Assembly (NCBI GenBank): GCA_965248575.1 | Contig: CBDFJQ010000002.1 | Span: 3,360,001 to 3,424,000, forward strand | Length of the DNA stretch: 64,000 nucleotides | DNA from: Planctomycetota bacterium | Lineage (GTDB): Bacteria; Planctomycetota; B15-G4 | Direction of reading: 5' to 3' | In this document: positions 1 through 9,881 of the stretch, piece after piece | Position numbering within the stretch: the stretch's first letter is position 1 | How the letters are laid out: each line of letters begins with the position of its first letter | Notes under the pieces: generated by a model | What the model was told of the DNA's origin: nothing | Database searches by the model: none | What the model saw: only the letters and a program-made list of their open reading frames with translations | Program-made: the position numbers and the translations under genes

Positions 1-642
1 TTCAGCTCCGTGCTTGAGCTGCGCATCGAGCTCGCCCAGGAACTCGAGTTGCTCAACGCCGACTTCGAGAAGTTTGGCGACGACCTGGAAGAGAAGGACC
101 TGGGCATCTTCGACATGGGCGAGTTCGCAGGGATGCTCATGTCCGGCATGAGCCGCGTGCAAGGGCTGACCGGCAGTGTGCCCAGCTTGCTGCGGCAACG
201 GGAGATGTCGGCCACGGAGCTCAGCTGGCACTGCCGGGTGATGTGGGCCACGTTGAACCTCATCGACGCGGGCGCTGCCGACGAACAGCTCGAACCCCTG
301 CGGGGCGAGTTCGACACGTTCAGCCGTGAGTACGAGCTCATGCGCAAGGAGAACAACGACAACGAGATGCCGGTGCTGAGCGAGGTCATCGGCGAGTTCG
401 ACACCAAGATCCTCGAGGAGGCCAAGGCCGTCTTCGAGTTGGACCCGCAGCTGGTCCTGGATGGGCGCACCGAAGCCATGGTCGAGGTCTTCTATCTGAT
501 CAGCACGCCCACCCTGCAGGCCTTCGCGGAGCAGGACCAAAGCGCGGTGCGTGTGAGCGTCAACGGCAAGGACATCCTCGGCGGGCCGTCCAATTCGGAC
601 GACACGAGTACCGAGAACGAGGCGCAGCCCTCCGACGGATGA
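1..642 (+). CDS. Hypothetical acidic protein, probably 5'-truncated by the window edge
   Basis: Frame is open from position 1 with high-GC codon usage. The stop overlaps the next start (ATGA at 639-642). No recognisable motif. Confidence 0.6.
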   Translation, partial: FSSVLELRIELAQELELLNADFEKFGDDLEEKDLGIFDMGEFAGMLMSGMSRVQGLTGSVPSLLRQREMSATELSWHCRVMWATLNLIDAGAADEQLEPLRGEFDTFSREYELMRKENNDNEMPVLSEVIGEFDTKILEEAKAVFELDPQLVLDGRTEAMVEVFYLISTPTLQAFAEQDQSAVRVSVNGKDILGGPSNSDDTSTENEAQPSDG

Positions 643-2822
643 GCCGCACCCGGGTGATTCCCGTGCGCGGCATGAGCTGCGCCGGCTGTGCCTCCACCAT
701 CGAGCGCGGCCTGAGCAAGCTGCCCGGTGTGGAGAGTGCCAGCGTCAGCTATGCCACGCGCTCCGCCACGGTCACCAGCGACGTGGGCGAGCACGCGCTG
801 CTCCAGGCCATCGAGGACACGGGCTACGAAGGGCTGCCCTCCCTGGGCTCGGCCATCGAGGCCCTGCTCCAGGATCCAGATCAGGGCGCAGCGTCACCCA
901 AGACCCAGGCCTTCCTGGCCGTGGGCCTGACGCTGATCTCCATGCTGACTGGCCATGTCCTCCCGTGGCTGGCGGCGGTCACCTCCCTGGCGACCCTCGC
1001 CTTGCCTGGGCGCGCGATCTTCCTGCAAGCCTGGCGTATGGCCCGAGCCCGACACGCAGCCATGGACACCCTGGTGGCCATGGGCGCCGGCAGCGCTTTC
1101 CTGCATGCCTTCTGGTCCTGGACCGAGACGGGCACGGGCCCTTTCGCCACAGCCGCCATGATCGTCAGCTTCGTGCTCATCGGTCGCGCGCTGGAACACT
1201 CGGCGCGGCGTCGATCCGCGGCCGCCTTGCGATCCCTCGCAGCGCGTGCCCCGCGCCAGGCGCGCGTGCTCCGGGATGGCCAAGAACATCGGATCTCTGC
1301 CGACGAAGTGCAGGTGAACGACCTCTGCCTCGTGGGAGATGGCGAAGCCGTCCCCGCCGACGGCGAAGTGGTCGAGGGTTCTTCAGGCTTCGACGAATCC
1401 CTGCTCACCGGCGAGTCCTTCCCGGCCTGGCGCCGCCCCGGTGACCGGCTCGTGGGGGGCACCACCAATGTGGGCGGCCAACTGGTCAGCCTGCGTGCGA
1501 CCCGCGTGGGCGGCGAGAGCACTCTGGCGCAACTGGTCTCGCTCGTAAGCCAGGCCCAGGCCAGCAAGGCTCCCGTGCAACGCCTCGCCGATCGGGTGGC
1601 GGGGGTCTTCGTACCCGTCGTGCTCGCGGTGGCCCTCGCGGCTTGGTTCTTCGGTGGAGGGGGCCTTGCAGCTGTCGCCGTCTTGGTCGTGGCCTGCCCC
1701 TGCGCCCTGGGCCTGGCCACGCCGACGGCCATCCAGGTGGCCACAGGCCGCGCCGCCCAGCTCGGCATCCTCGTGCGCGACGCCGGCGCCCTGGAAGCGG
1801 CAGGCAAGCTCGACATCCTGATGCTCGACAAGACCGGCACGCTCACCGCTGGCAACCCAGTGGTGGAGGACCTGCACCTGCTGGCGGCCAGCGACGCCGC
1901 GGCTGCCCGGGGAAACAGCCCGGACTCCGCAGCAACTTTGGCGGACGCACTGCAAGCCGCCTCCGCGGTCGAGGCTGCCACCGGCCATCCCCTGGGCGTC
2001 GCCATCCGCGGAGAGCTGGACCGCCGGGGGCTACCACCCGCCGACGTGGATCGCTCGAGCCTGGCCGCCGAAGTGGGCGGCGTCAGCGGGCGATTGGCAG
2101 ACGGGCGCATGGTGCTCGTGGGCTCGCCAGCCTTCCTTGAGCGGCACGACGTCCCCCTGCAGGCCGCCCGTGAGATCTGCGACACCTACACCCAACGCGG
2201 CTGGACGCTGGCCGTCGTGGCCCTCGACGGCGCCGCCGTCCTGGTCATGGGGATCGGAGACCAGATGCGGCCCACCAGTTCGCGGGCCGTGCGCGTCCTT
2301 TCCCAGCTGGGCATCCGACCGGTCTTGTCCACGGGTGATCACAAAGCTGCAGCCCAAGCCATCGCCAGCCTCGCAGGCATCGATGAGGTGCATGCCGCAG
2401 AATCCCCCGAGAGCAAGGCCGAGCGCATCCGTGCCTACCGCAAGGGTGGCTACATCGTGGGCATGGTGGGCGACGGCACCAACGACGCACCGGCCTTGGC
2501 CGAGGCCCACGCGGGCTTCGCCGTGGGTTCCGCCACGGACCTCGCCAAGGCGGCAGCACCGCTGGTGCTGGTGAGCGGAGACCTGGCGCGGGCCACCGTG
2601 GCCGTCGAACTGGCGCGAGCCACCCTGCGCATCATCCGCCAGAACCTCGGGCTCGCCTTTGCCTACAACATCGTGGCTCTGCCCCTGGCGTTCAGTGGCC
2701 AGATCGCGCCGCCCTTCGCCGCGGCAGCGATGGCCACCAGCTCGCTGCTCGTGGTCACCAACGCCCTACGCCTGCGCCGCTTCCGCTCCAAACTCGAGAC
2801 AGCCTTCGGCCTGGAGAGCTAA
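639..2822 (+). CDS. copA: Heavy-metal (Cu+/Ag+) translocating P1B-type ATPase
   Basis: GMSCAGC metal-binding domain, TGES, CPCALGLATP, DKTGT, HP, GDGTND, plus the YN and MxxSS motifs typical of P1B-1. Confidence 0.9.
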   Translation: MSRTRVIPVRGMSCAGCASTIERGLSKLPGVESASVSYATRSATVTSDVGEHALLQAIEDTGYEGLPSLGSAIEALLQDPDQGAASPKTQAFLAVGLTLISMLTGHVLPWLAAVTSLATLALPGRAIFLQAWRMARARHAAMDTLVAMGAGSAFLHAFWSWTETGTGPFATAAMIVSFVLIGRALEHSARRRSAAALRSLAARAPRQARVLRDGQEHRISADEVQVNDLCLVGDGEAVPADGEVVEGSSGFDESLLTGESFPAWRRPGDRLVGGTTNVGGQLVSLRATRVGGESTLAQLVSLVSQAQASKAPVQRLADRVAGVFVPVVLAVALAAWFFGGGGLAAVAVLVVACPCALGLATPTAIQVATGRAAQLGILVRDAGALEAAGKLDILMLDKTGTLTAGNPVVEDLHLLAASDAAAARGNSPDSAATLADALQAASAVEAATGHPLGVAIRGELDRRGLPPADVDRSSLAAEVGGVSGRLADGRMVLVGSPAFLERHDVPLQAAREICDTYTQRGWTLAVVALDGAAVLVMGIGDQMRPTSSRAVRVLSQLGIRPVLSTGDHKAAAQAIASLAGIDEVHAAESPESKAERIRAYRKGGYIVGMVGDGTNDAPALAEAHAGFAVGSATDLAKAAAPLVLVSGDLARATVAVELARATLRIIRQNLGLAFAYNIVALPLAFSGQIAPPFAAAAMATSSLLVVTNALRLRRFRSKLETAFGLES

Positions 2823-2907
2823 GCGTCGCGCGGACCCAACGAGAGGGTCAAGCCCCACCCCAGCCTCTCCCAGCCCTAACAAGCAGCAGGACGAGGGGGG
2901 GCTTTGG

Positions 2908-4335
<1,428 letters not shown>

Positions 4336-4414
4336 GGGCTACTTCCTTTCGTAGTGCGCCGGCTACGGCCGGGCGTTTGTGTGTCGAGTGCGCTGTTCGA
4401 GCGCGCGTTGGTTT

Positions 4415-4723
4415 TCAAATGGCGTCCGGGCCGGTCTCGCCCGTGCGGATGCGGATCACGTCGTGCAGTTCCCACGAGAAGATGCGACCGCGGTCCACGC
4501 CCCCTTCTTCGATGGCGCGTACGGCAGCCTCGAAGAAGGAATCATTCACGCCCACTTCGATGCGCACCATGGGTTCGGGCGACACCTCGGAGAGCTGGAG
4601 GCCTTCCATGGCGCTGACGCCATGCACCTGGCTCACGGTCATGCGATAGATGTCCGCATCGGCCAGTCGGGAGGTGACGGCATCCAGGCGTTCTGGAGTG
4701 ACGATTGCCTGGACCATCCGCAT
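4415..4723 (-). CDS. Atypical P-II family nitrogen regulator (102 aa, shortened T-loop)
   Basis: C-terminal part of ORF 4415..5209, from ATG 4723. MRMVQAIVTPERLDAV...MTVSQVHG...VRIEVGV...GRIF...VIRIRTGETGPDAI follows the P-II pattern. Directly upstream of glnA. Confidence 0.85.
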   Translation of the reverse strand: MRMVQAIVTPERLDAVTSRLADADIYRMTVSQVHGVSAMEGLQLSEVSPEPMVRIEVGVNDSFFEAAVRAIEEGGVDRGRIFSWELHDVIRIRTGETGPDAI

Positions 4724-4808
4724 GAAACTGACCGCCTGATTCGTTGTGAAACGCCCGTGAGGCGGCCGGCCTCGAATCCGGCCCCCGTCCCACGGAGTCC
4801 AGGGTGGG

Positions 4809-4837
4809 ACTTTATCCAGCGGGCCGAGCCACCACAA
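4809..4837 (-). promoter_or_regulatory. Putative sigma70 promoter for the P-II/glnA operon
   Basis: Minus strand TTGTGG (4837-4832), 17-nt spacer, TAAAGT (4814-4809). Confidence 0.45.
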
Positions 4838-5027
4838 CGTGCAGCGCCAGGGGAAATTCCCGTGGACCGCCTCACACGCCGTGAGTCCCGGGCAGCCCCG
4901 GCGCCAAGAGAGCCGGGAAGCCTCCGAGCCTGGCTTCGATGGCCAGCCAGGCCACGAGACCCAATCCAGCGGCCAGGAAGAGCCAAGGCTGGGCCCTCTC
5001 ACCCCGATGCCCGGGAGTCGACGGTTC

Positions 5028-5315
5028 ATGCAGATCCGGCTGCTGCTCACCCTTCTGTTCTCGGCCGCCCAGGACCACCCCTCCAAGGCCAGCCCCTTTG
5101 AAAGCATGCGCTGGCAGGGCACACAGCCCGAAGTGCTGGTGAACAATGAGAGGCACCGCCCGCTGGCCATCGACGACCTGGAGGTGGGACAGATCCTCGA
5201 GTCCTGCAACCGGCGCTGGCCGGGGAGGCTTCAGAAGCGATTCGCCGAGGACCTCATGGAGGCCATGGCCGCCCTGGAGCTGAGGCCCAGTTGGAGACAG
5301 CGCTCAAACTACTGA
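5028..5315 (+). CDS. Small secreted hypothetical protein, possibly a truncated remnant
   Basis: ATG 5028 followed by a signal-like MQIRLLLTLLFSAA, then SPFESMRW...PEV...KRFAEDL; 95 aa. Confidence 0.45.
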   Translation: MQIRLLLTLLFSAAQDHPSKASPFESMRWQGTQPEVLVNNERHRPLAIDDLEVGQILESCNRRWPGRLQKRFAEDLMEAMAALELRPSWRQRSNY

Positions 5316-5444
5316 GGGGCGACTCCTAGCAAGCCCTACCCCGATCGGCGTATGTCGTCTCAATCGGCTGCAGCCGAAGATGAGAGCGTGGGTGTGCGCT
5401 TGCCGTCGCATCCACAAGCGCATGCATTCCTAGGAGGACGCCCC

Positions 5445-6779
5445 ATGAAGCGCTCCGTGATCCACTTGGCCGGCGTGGCCTTGGCCACGCTCCTTGCCAC
5501 GGGCCTCTGGGCTCAGCAGGACGCTGCAACACCAGACGGCGAGCGGGGAGCGCAGCTTTTCGCAACGCACTGCTCCGCGTGCCACGGCGAGACGGGTGCG
5601 GGCGACGGCCCAGTGGCCAGCCTCTTGGACCCCCGACCCCGGGATTTCGGCCTGGGGGCCTTCCACGTGGTCTCCACCGACAACGGGGTGCCTTCGGACG
5701 ACGACCTGGCTGACACCCTTCGGCTCGGCATGGTGGGCACGGCCATGCCAGGCTGGAGCCATCTGCCTGACTCCGACCTGGCCGCCTTGGTGGGCTTCGT
5801 GCGCGAAGCCATCGTGCAACGACGACTGGAGACAGCCCTCAGCAACGCCGGGCAACAATCGCCGGCGAGCGCAGCGGAGACGGAGCGGCAAATCCGCGAC
5901 GCGCTCGCGCCCGGGGCGCGCGTCCCTGTGGGCCCCGCTCCCCCTTCCACCCCGGCCGACATCGCGCGGGGCAGGGAGATCTGGGCCGAGAGTTGCGCCG
6001 AATGTCATGGCATGGACGGGAGAGGCGGTGTGCGCACCGATCTGCGCGACATCCGAGGGCGCCCCTCCCATCCCCGAGACTTCAGCCGAGGGCTCTTTCG
6101 TGGCAGCGATGAGCCCGTTGAATTGGCGCGGCGGATCACCCTGGGCATGCCCGGCACCGCCATGCCGTCTTTTGAGCTGCCGGCCGAAGACCTCTGGGCC
6201 GTGGTGCACTATGGGCGCAGCCTGGTGGAAGCGGGCGCGCAGCAGGATCGGCTGCAGATCCGCCGCACCCTCGTAGCGCCCCGCAGCCGGGCAGCGCTGA
6301 GTCTCGACGCCGCGCCGCGACTCTCCTGGGACTTCGTGCCTCAAGTGCGCCTCCCGCTCATGCCCTACGTCTGGGATGGCCCGGACTTCGATCCCGTCGG
6401 TGTTCAGCTCATGCACGACGGACAGCGGCTGGCCGTGCGCGTCCATGGCTTGGGGGCGGGAGAGCAAGACGCTCCGTCAGAACTCACGCTGAAGATCAGC
6501 ACGGAGAGCGAGCCAGCTCTCATCAGCGGCAGGAGTACGCACTCGAGCAGCCGGAGCTGGCGCTGGAGCGGGGCGCAGGCCGATGAAGCGGGCCGGGACG
6601 GAGCGGCGCACGGTCAGTCCACCCCAGAGGGATGGCAGCTGCTGTTCGTCGACGAGCTCGGCGGCGCGGCCCCTGTCCTGCGACCCGGTGAATCCGTCCG
6701 GCTCCAGCTGAGCCTGCGCGGCGGCAGCAGCAAGGGCCGTGCTCTGACCATCTGGCACGCCGTCGACCTCGCTCCCTGA
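5445..6779 (+). CDS. Exported di-haem c-type cytochrome with a C-terminal beta-rich domain
   Basis: AGGAGG RBS before ATG 5445 and a signal peptide. Two CxxCH motifs (CSACH, CAECH), each followed by PRDF...GMxGTAMP. Confidence 0.85.
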   Translation: MKRSVIHLAGVALATLLATGLWAQQDAATPDGERGAQLFATHCSACHGETGAGDGPVASLLDPRPRDFGLGAFHVVSTDNGVPSDDDLADTLRLGMVGTAMPGWSHLPDSDLAALVGFVREAIVQRRLETALSNAGQQSPASAAETERQIRDALAPGARVPVGPAPPSTPADIARGREIWAESCAECHGMDGRGGVRTDLRDIRGRPSHPRDFSRGLFRGSDEPVELARRITLGMPGTAMPSFELPAEDLWAVVHYGRSLVEAGAQQDRLQIRRTLVAPRSRAALSLDAAPRLSWDFVPQVRLPLMPYVWDGPDFDPVGVQLMHDGQRLAVRVHGLGAGEQDAPSELTLKISTESEPALISGRSTHSSSRSWRWSGAQADEAGRDGAAHGQSTPEGWQLLFVDELGGAAPVLRPGESVRLQLSLRGGSSKGRALTIWHAVDLAP

Positions 6780-6807
6780 TCCCTCTCCCTGATTCAGGAT
6801 CCAGCCG

Positions 6808-7071
6808 CTAGAGGCCCATGCCACTCAGGGCGTCGGCCAGCTGGGCAACCGCCGCCGAGAGGCGCGGGTGGGACGTCTCGAAATCGCTGGTGGCCTCACT
6901 CAGCCGCTCCACCAGGGACTCGTGGCCCTCAGCCTCCGAAGCAGCTAGCAGACCTTCGATGTCCGCCAGGACCGTCTTCAGCTGGTCGGTGGTTTCGGAG
7001 TCGAGGGTGGGTTCAGCCGCCAACTCCTGATGCAGCTTGGACAGGGTCTCGCTCAATCGCTGCTTGGGCAT
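6808..7071 (-). CDS. DUF4404-like small helical protein
   Basis: 87 aa; ends FETSHPRLSAAVAQLADALSGMGL, the pattern of this family. Confidence 0.75.
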   Translation of the reverse strand: MPKQRLSETLSKLHQELAAEPTLDSETTDQLKTVLADIEGLLAASEAEGHESLVERLSEATSDFETSHPRLSAAVAQLADALSGMGL

Positions 7072-7116
7072 GGTGCTGCGGCTCCTGGGAGGGGTTCTCG
7101 GTGCGGCGGTCTGCCG

Positions 7117-7929
7117 TCACAGGATACCGTCCGGTTCGCGCAGGGTGTTCATGCAGTGGTCGAGCAGGTCGGTGATGGTCAAGATTCCCACCAGCTTGCC
7201 GTCCCTCACGACGGGCAAGGCCGACACCTTTGCGGTAGCCATGAGCATCGCCACATCGGGAGTCGGGTCGTCGGGACCCACGGTGATGGGTTCGGTCTGC
7301 ATGATGCTCGCGATCGTGTCCTCGTCGGCCCGCCCAGCCGCTTCGCAACGGCCGAGGTCCCGGGAAGAGACGATGCCAATCAGGCGATCACCTTCCACGA
7401 CGGGCAAATGCCGGGCGTGCAGGTCGCGGCAGATGAGGATCGCTTCCGACACCGCGGTGTCGGCGGTGACGGCCACGGTCTCAGGAGCCATGAGCACAGA
7501 AGCGCAGGGCTGGTCCACGGGGTCCACCAGGCCACCGTCGCGACAGGCTTGAGCGAATGCCACGAGCATGTCGAGTTCGGACAGGATGCCCACCAGATCG
7601 GAGCCGCTCAGAACAGGCAGGCAACCGATCTTCTCGATGGAGAAGTCCACGGCGGCTGTCACCACGGTGTCTTCCGGCGAGACCGCAGTGAACTCGGCAT
7701 GCATCACCTGGGCCACCGTCCGGGTGGGGCCCGCCCCGGACACCACGTTGGAGAGCTCCTCGGCGGTCGGGTAGAGATCCCGGTCGGAGACGACGCCCAC
7801 GAGTCGCCCATCCCGCACCACAGGCGCGTGCCGGATGTCCTCGTTGTCCAGCAGCTCACGCGCCTCGCTGACCGGCAGCGATGGTTCGATGGTGATGGGG
7901 TTCTTCGACATGATCGCGGCGACATCCAT
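7117..7929 (-). CDS. CBS-domain protein (four CBS repeats)
   Basis: Four repeats of M...P.TV/I...LPVV..G.LVGI.S/T..D. Start taken at MDVAAIM (7929). Confidence 0.88.
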   Translation of the reverse strand: MDVAAIMSKNPITIEPSLPVSEARELLDNEDIRHAPVVRDGRLVGVVSDRDLYPTAEELSNVVSGAGPTRTVAQVMHAEFTAVSPEDTVVTAAVDFSIEKIGCLPVLSGSDLVGILSELDMLVAFAQACRDGGLVDPVDQPCASVLMAPETVAVTADTAVSEAILICRDLHARHLPVVEGDRLIGIVSSRDLGRCEAAGRADEDTIASIMQTEPITVGPDDPTPDVAMLMATAKVSALPVVRDGKLVGILTITDLLDHCMNTLREPDGIL

Positions 7930-8050
7930 GGCACGGCTCCAAAAGAGGGAACATCCCAACGCTTCCATGGTGCTGCCGAGCCTCTGTCGGCACAGGTGGG
8001 GAGAGGGCGAAGGCACAGGGGGCAAGGGGCGTAGTCGGTGCCCCGAACCC

Positions 8051-9094
8051 CTAGCTTGCAAGCACAAGCACGGTGGCCGAGATCGCTGCAGCGCAGGGCA
8101 GGGTCACCACCCAGGCCATGAGGATGGTCCGCACCGACCTCAATTGGGCCGTGCGACCGGCCACGCCGATCCCCACGAGCGAGCCCACCGAAACATGGGT
8201 CGTGGAAACCGGAACGCCCAAGCGGCTGGCCACGAGCACCAGCAAGGCCGTGGCCAGATTCGCCGCCACTCCCTGGCCTTGGTTCATCTCTGCAATCCCG
8301 TGGCTCATGGTCTGGGCAACCTTTCGCGACTGGAACCAACCGCCCAGGGCTATTGCAGCGCCGACCGCCGCCAGACCCACCCCAGCCCCCAGCGCCGAGT
8401 CGAGGGCGGGCACTGCCAGCAGCAATGCGGCGATCTTGGGGGTGTCGTTGAGACCCCGAGCGAAGCTCACGGCCCCAGCGCTCAACAGGTGCACGCCGTG
8501 CAGCAGGCCTGGCAGAGCCACGCTGCCTGCCACGGCCGAAGCGTGCACGCCCCCCGCGGCCTGGACGCTGCCGCTCGTGATCCGAGTCTGCTCATCCAAT
8601 CCAGCACCGAGCCGGAACCGGCGTCCCATGAGCCACAGCAGCGCGCCAAGGGCGAAGGCCAAGAGCGGGCTGATGAGCAGGGGCACGAGATAGGTTTGCA
8701 GCAGCACGGAGAGTTCGACCGCGCCCGCCGAAGCTGCCAGCCCTGCGCCGACCAAGGCGCCCACCAAACCGTGAGTCGTGGAGATGGGAAGCCCCACGAG
8801 CGTGGCCAGCAGGACCGTGCCACCCGCCCCGCTCGCCACTGCCATCAGGAACTCGGGCGAACCCACGAGTTCATCCGGAACCAGTCCCTTGCCCGAAAAA
8901 GCCTTGAGCAAGGACTGCGCCAGGAAGATCGAGGCCACCGACCCCAGGAGGGTGCACACCGTCCCCCACTGCAAGGCGGATCGATGGCTCGTGCTGCCGC
9001 TGCCCAGCAGAGTGGCCACGCCCTTGAAGTTGTCATTGGCACCGTTCGACCAGGCCAGGAAGCAGACGGAGAGCAGCAGCAGCGCGGGGAGCAT
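8051..9094 (-). CDS. PiT-family inorganic phosphate/sulfate transporter
   Basis: N-terminal GANDN, second-repeat GLNDT, two P(I/V)STTH motifs, multiple TM helices. Confidence 0.88.
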   Translation of the reverse strand: MLPALLLLSVCFLAWSNGANDNFKGVATLLGSGSTSHRSALQWGTVCTLLGSVASIFLAQSLLKAFSGKGLVPDELVGSPEFLMAVASGAGGTVLLATLVGLPISTTHGLVGALVGAGLAASAGAVELSVLLQTYLVPLLISPLLAFALGALLWLMGRRFRLGAGLDEQTRITSGSVQAAGGVHASAVAGSVALPGLLHGVHLLSAGAVSFARGLNDTPKIAALLLAVPALDSALGAGVGLAAVGAAIALGGWFQSRKVAQTMSHGIAEMNQGQGVAANLATALLVLVASRLGVPVSTTHVSVGSLVGIGVAGRTAQLRSVRTILMAWVVTLPCAAAISATVLVLAS

Positions 9095-9191
9095 GCTCGT
9101 CCCATGTGGTCAGCAGGGCGTGTTGTTGCAACGTCTTGGCCTCAGCCGGCATCCCATCGGGCCTCGACACGCTGAGACCCGAAAGGCACCC

Positions 9192-9791
9192 ATGAACCAG
9201 CCCGCACACACATCTGTCGCCAGCCCTCCCTCCACCCAGGACGCGCTGTTCGCCAAGCAGTGGGAGCATGCCGTCCCCTGGTCCGCGTATCTCGATGGCG
9301 TGGAACAGAAGCGCGACTTGTGGCTCGCCAACGACCGTCGGGCCAAGGTGGGTGCGGCCGAGCAGGCGCGGCTGACAGCGCTGCCAGGTCCGCGTCGGGT
9401 GCTCGTCCTCACCGAAGACTGGTGTGGCGACGCCCTGCGCAGCCTGCCACCCCTGGCCAAGGCCCTCGAGCAGGCCCCAGGGATCGAGGCCCGCTACCTC
9501 TCGCTCGATGACCACCCCGACGCCATCGAAGGCCTGCGGACCCATGGTGGCTCGGCCATCCCCATGCTGGTGGTCGCGGACGAGCAGGGCGAACGGCTGG
9601 GTGTCTGGGGCCCGCGACCTGCAGCACTGCAGGCCCTGGTGCGGGCTCGCCGAACGGAGTTCGGTGCTCCGACAGCGGGGACGGCCGGCGAGTTCTATGC
9701 GCCCATCATGGCCTGGTATGGCAAGGACCGGGGTGTCAGCACCTTGCAGGAAGTCCTGATGATCCTGGAGCGCGGCGGCGAGGCTCGCTGA
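9192..9791 (+). CDS. Thioredoxin-fold protein (WCGD single-Cys type)
   Basis: LVLTEDWCGDA, AIP, WGPRP. GAAAGG RBS before ATG 9192. Confidence 0.82.
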   Translation: MNQPAHTSVASPPSTQDALFAKQWEHAVPWSAYLDGVEQKRDLWLANDRRAKVGAAEQARLTALPGPRRVLVLTEDWCGDALRSLPPLAKALEQAPGIEARYLSLDDHPDAIEGLRTHGGSAIPMLVVADEQGERLGVWGPRPAALQALVRARRTEFGAPTAGTAGEFYAPIMAWYGKDRGVSTLQEVLMILERGGEAR

Positions 9792-9881
9792 GCAAGAGCC
9801 GGATTCGAACACCCCCCCGGAGCGCCTCCGGAAGGGAAGCCGCGCAAGGGGGCGGCGATGCAGGATAGAATCCCGGCCCTC

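Noticed and set aside
4336..4414. Riboswitch or SD-sequestering hairpin in the P-II/glnA spacer (CTAC-GAAAGGAA-GTAG)
   Set aside because: Only a 4-bp stem, and no recognisable glnA-riboswitch consensus. Too weak to claim.
4752..4792. tRNA 3'-half-like string (gccgg-cctcgaat-ccggc-ccccgtccca)
   Set aside because: The loop is not TTCRA and there is no complementary 5' acceptor strand or anticodon arm. No integrase nearby suggests an att site.
4830..4850. Possible sigma54 promoter (TGGCGC...TTG) upstream of P-II/glnA
   Set aside because: The required GG-N10-GC spacing is not met.
9801..9810. GGATTCGAAC (reverse tRNA T-loop motif) between the thioredoxin gene and mutS
   Set aside because: The flanks do not form a T-stem or cloverleaf.
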